Shown one piece after another: positions 54,626 through 64,000 of a stretch of 64,000 nt of DNA. Position 1 is the first letter of the stretch, and each line of letters begins with the position of its first letter. The notes below the pieces were generated by a model. That model had not been told where the DNA came from and did no database searches. It saw only the letters and a program-made list of their open reading frames with translations. The position numbers and the translations under genes were made by a program. The stretch comes from Eledone cirrhosa. Its lineage: Eukaryota. Location: assembly GCA_964016885.1 (NCBI GenBank), contig OZ024742.1:349804001-349868000 (forward strand), given 5' to 3'.

Positions 54626-57600
54626 ATGGCTAATTTACGAGTTTGAACCGCGAATGTGCGTGGCCTAGGGATGCCATGGAAACAGGGCCAACTTTTAAAC
54701 GACCTTAGGTCACACAGTATGGATGTGATAGCCATCACCGAGTCCAGGATACACAACAGGCAGCAACTAACCCCCATCTTCGATGACTGTGAGATCTACG
54801 CATCTCTCTCTCAGCCAGGAGGTGGAGGTGTAGTGGCTGTCATGTTTTGGAAGAACCTGGACGTCGAAGTTTAGCAAGTACACTTGGACCCGGAGGGTAG
54901 ACTGGTAGTCCTAAACGTGAACAGTATTGGAGGTGGAGCCTTCAGACTGGTGGCCATTTATGCCCCGACCGGGCAATCGCAATCACAGTCAGACTTCTTT
55001 AAGCGTCTAGAGTCTTTTCTCGGAACGTCTCGCTCCTTACTTTTAGTGGGGGACTGGAATGGTATCCTAGATGCACAATGGGATTATGTGGGAGCATGTC
55101 CCAGTAGAGCGGGGTGCAACAGCCTCAAAACTTTAATCGGCCAATTCCAACTGGCCGATAGGTATCGACTGGATTTCCCGACTGCACCACAGTGGACGTG
55201 GGCAAACCGCAACGGGACATCTAGATCGTATTTAGATAGGTTCTTCATTAGAGAAAGGGACAAGGAGATGTTAAGCTGTCCACGAATGCACATGGTTGCC
55301 TATTCAGATCACAAGTTAGTCGTCTGCTTAGTCAACCGTGATAGAATATATAGACAGGGACCCGGATACTGGAAGCTGAACGTGTCGGTGCCGGCACGTA
55401 AAGTTTACAGTGAACGGATAAGTAGACTAGTCAAGCAACAGTTAACGGGAGCCATCGTCAACAATAGATGGTGGTTCTCTCTCAAGAAAGCAATTAGAAT
55501 AGAATCGATAGGGTATAGCAGAGAGTTAGCCTTAGAGAAAAACAGAATAGAAAGAGAACTAGTAGCCAAGGTAGAGGAGGCACTTAGAAGTGGCAACGCG
55601 GCTAGAGTGTTAGCGTCGAGAACGGCACTGGACCAGCTCCTCGATGCGAAACACGAAGGTTGCGTGGTCAGAAGCAAAGCACGTGCTCTAGGAAACGAAG
55701 GAGCGAAAGTTGTCAGCTGGGCCCGAGTGGCGGAGGCAAAAAGTGGCAACAAGTCCACGATTCGGTCTTTGAAAGACCAAAACGGACGTGTGCTACTTGA
55801 CCCCAAGCAAATGTGTGCGGCCTTTCAGCGGCACTTTGCGCGACTGTTTGAGCAGAAAGACGGTGAACCGAACAGGGCAATGGACTTTAGTTCATACCTC
55901 CACGGCCTGCCGCGTCTCTCGAACACGGACGCCGAGTTCTGCGAAAGACCGATCACGGACACTGAGATACGGGACGCTCTGGGCCGCTGCGGGAAACGCA
56001 AGTCACCCGGTCTAGATGGTCTACAATACGAGTTTTACATAGGCATGCCAGACTTGTTCTCTGGCGTCCTCGAAGCCGTCTATTGCAATTGGCAGCAGAA
56101 CGGGAGAATTCCCAGTTCTGGAGGCAAGGGCGTAGTAACGCTGATCAGGAAATACGAGAATAAGGGGGACGAAATTAACAACTTCAGGCCCATAACTCTG
56201 CTCAACACAGAGTTAAAGATTTTGGCCCAGGTGCTAGCGACAAGGTTGGCACTTGTCGACGAGAACCTGGTAGTGAAAACGCAAACGTGTGCAATCCCGA
56301 CCAGGTCCATACACGACAACCTGCATCTCATGCGATACATCATAGAGAGGGTCGGTAGTAAACCCGGTTTCGGTGGGGCTCTGATCAATTTGGATCAGTC
56401 TAAGGCATTCGATAGGGTCGACCATCGATACTTGGAAGCGGTTCTCAAGGCGGCCGGTTTCGGTCCCGTGTTCAGAGGATGGATCGGGGCGATGCACAGC
56501 AACATCTGCTCGAGGGTCAAGGTAAACGGCTACCTATCGGAGCCGTTGGCAATCACGCGTTCCATTCGACAGGGGTGCCCTCTCTCCTCCATTCTGTATG
56601 TATTGACTCTAGAGCCACTACTGCGGTAATTGGAGCTGTAGCAGGGCATCCCTCTAGAACCGGGACTGCGCAAAGCGACGTCGGCTTATGCCGACGACGT
56701 TACGGTAATGGTGTCGAGCCCCTCGGAAATCGGAGTGATCGGCAACTTACTGAAAGAATACGAAACACTGACGGGAGCAAAACTAAACCCGGACAAGTTT
56801 GTCGGTTTGCAGCTCGGTACGTGGAGAAGAAACCGATGATGTCCGACAGCGTCGTTGGATGCTGGACGGACGGACCCGTGAAATTGCTCGGGGTTTGGTT
56901 CGATCCAGACCTCCAGGTGAAGAAAAACTGGAACGAGGTCGCGGCCAAGGTGTTTGCACTCACCCAGAAGTGGGCAGAGTGCAAACTGTCCTTGAAAGGT
57001 CGAGCGGAGGTGGCGAACACTTTCATAGCGTCCGTCATCTACTACAGCTTGACTGTCGTGCCTTGTCCCCGTGAACACCTCGCCAAGATAGAACGCATGC
57101 TCTTCCAGTTTCTGTGGAAGAAGCCGGCTCCGCTGGTGAGGAGATCCGTCTGCTGTCAGCACCCTTCCAACGGAGGGCTGGGAATGCCGTGGCTGATGAT
57201 GCGCAAATAGCGCTGATGTTGCTCATCTCCAGGTATTCCTCACCGACCCCCAACCGGTGTGGGCACCGTTTGTGAGACAGGCTTTCCCACAGCTCGTCTC
57301 GCTAACGGAGCTGCAGTCCTGGGTCAAGAAAAGACCGAAAACGAAGGGCGTCTGGCACATTGAATGCGCTCAGGCGCTCATAGTTCTCTGGCAAGCGGGC
57401 GCAGCAATCAGTGGAAACTCCATTTCGACATTCTATAGAGGGATTGTACGTTACAAGGGCGACGACGTGCTCGGAGAGACTCTGGGCGTCGAAGACGATG
57501 AGCTCACCAGTCTGTTTGGTAGGACTTTCCGCCCGGGACCTATGGACAACTTCCAGAGGTCCCTAGCCTGGCAGTGCTACCGAGGAGCTCTACCGGTTCG

Positions 57601-58069
57601 TGACAAGATCTATAGGCACGGACGCCCCGGCAGGGATCCTTCCAAGAGGACGTGTCCAAGATGCGCGCAGTATATTGAAACAGTCCTGCACGCAATTGTA
57701 CACTGCCCGGGCGTAACCGACCTGTGGAATTATGCAGAACAACTGCTGTCGCGTATGGGACAAATCCAGTTGACTGCCGAGTCCATAGTAAGGATCAAAC
57801 CGCCAGCCTCTTCCAAAAACGAAAGAGAGGCGGTTTTCCTCTGTACGGTGGCTATGGTGAAAGAAGTTATATGGTGGACGAGGTTGAGAGGACTGATGAC
57901 AGATGCCTTTCTCTCCGGACAACAATTGATTCCCTTCTTTAAGTATCACTTTAGAAGGAGAATCAGGGTGGAGAGAGAGGCACTGCACCCCAGTAAATTT
58001 ACTGAAAGGTGGGTGAATGAAGCGAAAATGGCCCGAGTGATTGGGCCTTCTCTGTTTATAAGCCTGTAG
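54626..58069 (+). pseudogene. ORF2 of element E (APE-RT-CCHC), several stops and frameshifts
   Basis: NVRGLG, IYAP, GDWN, YLDR, SDH, FRPITLLN, LDQSKAFDRV, RQGCPLS, YADD, CPRC..HAIVHC. Confidence 0.92.
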
Positions 58070-58302
58070 GTTGAAGAAGAGAGAAAAAGGAAGAAAGGAG
58101 CACTTGCACAACACGCTCCTGGAGTTGAGGGTTGTTCTATCGACGGGGTATTAAACAACCCATTTGTGGCGCCTCCCCCCTATTGGGGATTTCGATTGTT
58201 GTAATTGTTTGTTTTTATATTTTTTACACGACTGTATGTAAAATCCCCGGCATGTCTTTGTATTGTCCCCTTTTCTTGTGCGCCCTTGTGGCTAATAAAG
58301 AA

Positions 58303-58346
<44 letters not shown>

Positions 58347-58349
<3 letters not shown>

Positions 58350-59490
58350 GAATGCCTTCAGGCGCCCACAGCCCTCTACCAAGCGGAAACGGCAATCAGC
58401 GGAGACTCCACCTCGATATTCTATAGGGGATTAGTGGAGGATAAGTGCAATGACGTTCTCGGGGAAACTCTAGGCATCGAGGAGGGCGAACTGACCAGTC
58501 TGTTCGGGAGGACTTTCCATCCAGGGCCTATGGATAACTTCCAAAGGTCTCTGGCCTGTCAGTGCTACCGAGGAGCTCTACCAGTTCCAGACAAAATCTA
58601 CAGGCACGGACGCCCTAGCATAGATTCTGCCAAAAGGACCTGTCCAAGATGCGAGCAGGACATCGAAACCGTTCTGCACGCAATTGTTCAATGCCCAGGG
58701 GTGACCGACCTGTGGGATTATGTCGAACAGCTACGGTCACGTGTGGGACGCATCCAGTTGTCAGCCGAGTCCATCGTGAGGATCACCCCACCACCTTCAT
58801 TTAAGAATGTAGGAGAGGCGGTTTTCCTCTGTCTGGTGGCTATGGCGAAAGAGGTAATATGGTGGACTAGGTTAAAAGGACTGAGGACAAGCACCTTTCT
58901 CACCGGACAACAACTTATCCCCGTCTTTAAGTACTACTTCAGAAGGAAGGTGAGAGTGGAGAGAGAGGTGCTACGCCCCAGTAAATTCGCTGAAAGGTGG
59001 GTGAATGTGGCAAAAATGGCCCGAGTGAATGGGCCTTCTCTGTATATAAACCTGTAGGTTGAGGAAGATAAACAGAGGGAACACGAGAATACCAACAAAA
59101 CGTGTTCCTGGTGTTGAGGGTTGTTCTATCCACGGGGTGTAAAACAACCCTGTAGTAACGTTCCCCACTATTGGGGATTTCAATTGTTATTTTATTATAT
59201 ATTGTTTATTGTTATTGTTTCTACTTTAGGCACAAGGCCAGCAATTACCCAGTGCATTACTGGTACTTTATTTTATCGACCCCGTAAGGATGAAAGGCAA
59301 AGTCAACCTCGGCGGGATTTGAACTCAGATCGTGAAGGGACGTAACTATGCTAGAAAGCATGGCGTCTGACTCTCTACCAATACTGCCAATCCACCGCAA
59401 TGTTAAAGTTATATGATTTTTATGTAAAACCCCCGCCGTCACGTCTTGTAATGTCCCTTTTTTGTACGCGCCTGTGGCATATAAAGAAAG
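58347..59490 (+). mobile_element. 5'-truncated Tx1-like copy F, tandem to E in the same (ATCT)n, with a SINE in its 3' UTR
   Basis: ORF 58434-59057 is an ORF2 C-terminus; ends tgtggcatataaagaaagatatctaactat. Confidence 0.9.
59215..59398 (-). mobile_element. SINE inserted in the 3' UTR of copy F
   Basis: Full SINE sequence; the homologous UTR of copy G (~40150-40175) lacks it. Confidence 0.88.
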
Positions 59491-59635
59491 ATATCTAACT
59501 ATTTATTACTCTCTTTATATCTCTCTATATCTATATAAATCTATACACCACACACACACACACACATATATATATATAGAAATAGCCGTCGAAACGGCTT
59601 GAGCTCTGCCGTCGGGATCTTGAATATTTTCTTAT

Positions 59636-60233
<598 letters not shown>

Positions 60234-60235
<2 letters not shown>

Positions 60236-63200
60236 AAAGTTATATTTAAAATTGTTGGGTTACAACTAGTAAATATTTATAACTGATATAAAAGCACTCG
60301 ACAAATATTTGGAGTATATTTACAATATTAAATAAATGGAAACTATATTTATAAAACCATATTTATTTCATTATATATATTTCGGGGATATCATATTAAC
60401 AATATGCTATGCCTTCCTCAGACAAAATACAATATAAACAGTTTTATAGATAAATAGATTCGACATACCGTAACAACACCGACTTGCATTTGAAGAGGTT
60501 GGATTGGCAGTGAAAAAATTTTACACAGAGAGAAAGAAAGAGAGAAAAAAAAGAAAGAAAGACAGAAAACGAAGAAAAGGAAGAAAAAGAAGAAAAAGAA
60601 GAAATGCATGGAACAAAATAGAGAGATGGAAAGATAGATAAAGAGAAGAACTTCATGTAAAGAAAGATATATATATATATATATAGGGAGAGGAAATAGA
60701 GATAGATACATATATATATAGAAAATTAGGTAGTGGGAGATCAGTTGGGTAAATGTATCAATGATACATTTATTTATTTATTTATTTATTTAGCTCTAGT
60801 ATTAATGTAAGGGAGATATATAGAGAGATAAAAAATATAGAGAGAGAAAAAAATAGCGAGAGAAAAATTTTAAAAATAGCCAGATATATTCGAGGCGTAA
60901 AAACCCTATGTTTTAATGTATTAGTATTTATAAAACTTCCACTATATTGTAAATATCAGTATTCCTGAATGAGACAAGTATCCATAGTGTGTGAAAATTA
61001 ATTATCTTATGTTTAGTTTTTTAAAAAAATTCATATGTTTATGTGATAGCTACAAACATCCATGTGAATCCACCTGATCAACTCTGCAAACTCTAAGTTC
61101 ACGGAAAACATTCTCAATGTGGTATAAAAATTTGAGTATACATATATGTGTATTATTATTCCTGTCTTTACTCTACAAGATTATCTATCAAGCAGAAATA
61201 GAGAGCAGATTTCAATATACTAATAAAAATATATATCAGAAACAAAACTAAAAAAATAACAATAATAATAATAAGTAATAATAAAATAGAAAATAGAAAA
61301 CTAAAAAAAATATTACGAAAGAATATTACATATCAAAAATATTACATATTAAAAAATTTACATATTAAAGATATTAAAAATAAAAATAAAAATAAAAATA
61401 AAAAATATTAGAAAATACTACAATAATAAAAATAAAAATAAACCACAAAGATCAACCCTTCAAAATTAATTGACAATATATTGCCAAGTTCATTATAAGC
61501 ATCAGAGTCGAAAAACAGACAAAGCCAAAAATTATCTATCAAATCACATCAAGCAAAGATCATTTCAAAAAGTTTATGATGCTCAATTTGGTCTACATGT
61601 GTTCTTATATTTAATATAGAAGTTTATCTAGTGTAAGGTTTATTAAAAAATCTAGGTATCACTCAATTTTCAAAAATCTAGGTATCACTCAATTTTCAAT
61701 AGGCATACAATTAAATTAACCTACTCATCCACCAAAAATTTAGCACAAAATATTAATAGAATAAATAATAGGAACTTAAAACCTAGTGATAATAGCATAA
61801 ATAATATACAAGTTAACAAATGTAACTGTAGAGATAGATCTAAATGTCCGTTAAATAACAACTGCTTAGTTAAAAATATAGTATACAATTGTAATGTTAA
61901 TACTGACTCTAATTCTTTTAACTACGTCGGTTCCACATCGACGGAATTTAAACTTCGCTATAATAACCACAAGAATTCTTTCACAGATCCAAGCAAAAAA
62001 TCTTCAACGGCACTATCAGGCGTACTCTGGCAACTTAAGCTAGATAACGTTAGATATTCGACGGCTTGGAATATAGTCTCAAGAGGGATTCCTTTTAATT
62101 CATCCTCTGAGACATGTGACCTCTGCGCAGAGGAGATATTCTTTATACTAAAATCTAAAAATTCCCTTAATCTACGGACAAATTTATTCAGTTGTTGCAA
62201 ACATAGATTAAACTCAACGTTTAAATATAAATTTAAATTTAAAATGTAGTATATTTAGTTTGATTTATATTTATATGGGAAACTAGCCGATAAATCTTTG
62301 ATTCCTTCTTTTTATTCTTTTTATTTTTTATTTTTATTTTATTTTTATTTAAACATTCCTCATGAAAAATTAAGCTACCCTAAAAGCTGATGCTCCAAAT
62401 ATTTTGAATAAACCTTACACTAGATAAACTTCTATATTAAATATAAGAACACATGTAGACCAAATTGAGCATCATAAACTTTTTGAAATGATCTTTGCTT
62501 GATGTGATTTGATAGATAATTTTTGGCTTTGTCTGTTTTTCGACTCTGATACTTATAATGAACTTGGCAATATATTGTCAATTAATTTTGAAGGGTTGAT
62601 CTTTGTGGTTTATTTTTATTTTTATTATTGTAGTATTTTCTAATATTTTTTATTTTTATTTTTATTTTTAATATCTTTAATATGTAAATTTTTTAATATG
62701 TAATATTTTTAATATGTAATATTCTTTCGTAATATTTTTTTTATATTTTTTTTTAGTTTTCTATTTTCTATTTTATTATTACTTATTATTATTATTGTTA
62801 CTTTTTTAGTTTTGTTTCTGATATATATTTTTATTAGTATATTGAAATCTGCTCTCTATTTCTGCTTGATAGATAATCTTGTAGAGTAAAGACAGGAATA
62901 ATAATACACATATATGTATACTCAAATTGTTATACCACATTGAGAATGTTTTCCGTGAACTTAGAGTTTGCAGAGTTGATCAGGTGGATTCACATGGATG
63001 TTTGTAGCTATCACATAAACATATGAATTTTTTTAAAAAACTAAACATAAGATAATTAATTTTCACACACTATGGATACTTGTCTCATTCAGGAATACTG
63101 ATATTTACAATATAGTGGAAGTTTTATAAATACTAATACATTAAAACATAGGGTTTTTACGCCTCGAATATATCTGGCTATTTTTAAATTTTTTCTCTCG

Positions 63201-63736
63201 CTATTTTTTTCTCTCTCTATATTTTTTATCTCTCTATATATCTCCCTTACATTAATACTAGAGCTAAATAAATAAATAAATAAATAAATGTATCATTGAT
63301 ACATTTACCCAACTGATCTCCCACTACCTAATTTTCTATATATATATGTATCTATCTCTATTTCCTCTCCCTATATATATATATATATCTTTCTTTACAT
63401 GAAGTTCTTCTCTTTATCTATCTTTCCATCTCGCTATTTTGTTCCATGCATTTCTTCTTTTTCTTCTTTTTCTTCCTTTTCTTCGTTTTCTGTCTTTCTT
63501 TCTTTTTTTTTTTTTTCTCTCTCTTTCTTTCTCTCTGTGTAAAATTTTTTCACTGCCAATCCAACCTCTTCAAATGCAAGTCGGTGTTGTTACGGTATGT
63601 CGAATCTATTTATCTATAAAACTGTTTATATTGTATTTTGTCTGAGGAAGGCATAGCATATTGTTAATATGATATCCCCGAAATATATATAATGAAATAA
63701 ATATGGTTTTATAAAAATAGTTTCCATTTATTTAAT

Positions 63737-63742
<6 letters not shown>
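60234..63742. mobile_element. 3.5-kb long-inverted-repeat element: ~1.33-kb arms (60321-61650, 62401-63742), 750-bp spacer, left tail, (TA)n flanks
   Basis: Arms are near-identical reverse complements; mirrored ORFs 60418-60711(-) and 63439-63645(+) share SLCKIFSLPIQPLQMQVGVVTVCRIYLSIKLFILYFV. Confidence 0.9.
63634..63699 (+). ncRNA. Type-I hammerhead ribozyme fold (mirror copy 60364-60429, minus strand)
   Basis: tattttgt-CTGAGGA-aggcatagcatattgttaatatgatatcccc-GAAA-tatata-TA-atgaaata. Confidence 0.75.
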
Positions 63743-63798
<56 letters not shown>

Positions 63799-64000
63799 CA
63801 TATATATATAAACATATATATATATATATAATAAAGTATATATCCCTACACTCAAAAAGCGTCCAGAGACACATGTATTGTCCAACCATATGCCAATGTG
63901 GTTCAATGGCAGGTTAATAAATTAACGAGCCAGAACATATATAATCAAGGTTTAGCAAATAAGAAAAAGTTTCAAAATAAATTTAAAAAAATTCACTGTA

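Larger units (their letters stand above)
52566..58303 (+). mobile_element. Tx1/L1-clade non-LTR retrotransposon E, full length, disrupted, inserted in (ATCT)n
   Basis: (TCTA)n on both sides (52495-52565, 58303-58346); ORF1 and ORF2; 3' end TGTGGCTAATAAAGAAATC. Confidence 0.93.

Noticed and set aside
61958-62200. 80-aa ORF in the spacer of the long inverted repeat
   Set aside because: Non-ATG start and no recognisable domain; kept only as a search target.

Overview
Eukaryotic, repeat-saturated, AT-rich DNA with no intact host gene that I can support. The SINEs resemble octopus/cephalopod tRNA-derived families (recalled, not searched). 1-14773 is a 15-bp satellite (ACAGAGAGACAYTGA) with ~3 kb higher-order duplications. 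17559-36755 is a stacked retrotransposon cluster in an (AAT)n microsatellite: two full-length but disrupted Tx1/L1-clade LINEs plus 5'-truncated copies, all on the minus strand, alternate with R4/Dong-type RLE LINEs (two families), all on the plus strand. A sister Tx1-like family sits instead in (ATCT)n tracts (39390-40235, 52566-58303, 58347-59490). The (TA)n tracts hold several unrelated hairpin/inverted-repeat elements (0.1-3.5 kb) that carry minimal type-I hammerhead ribozyme folds, typical of Penelope-like elements (PLEs), and a decayed PLE reverse transcriptase is also present. Other features are a mariner-type MITE, many SINEs, minisatellites and an interstitial (CCCTAA)n run. Main points of interest: (1) the ribozyme-bearing fold-back elements in (TA)n; (2) an apparent target switch, (ATT)n versus (ATCT)n, between sister Tx1 families; (3) splice-donor-like GTAAGT motifs at the ORF1 stop of all three full-length Tx1 elements, with related donor-like motifs near their 5' ends. 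All folds and alignments were done by eye.
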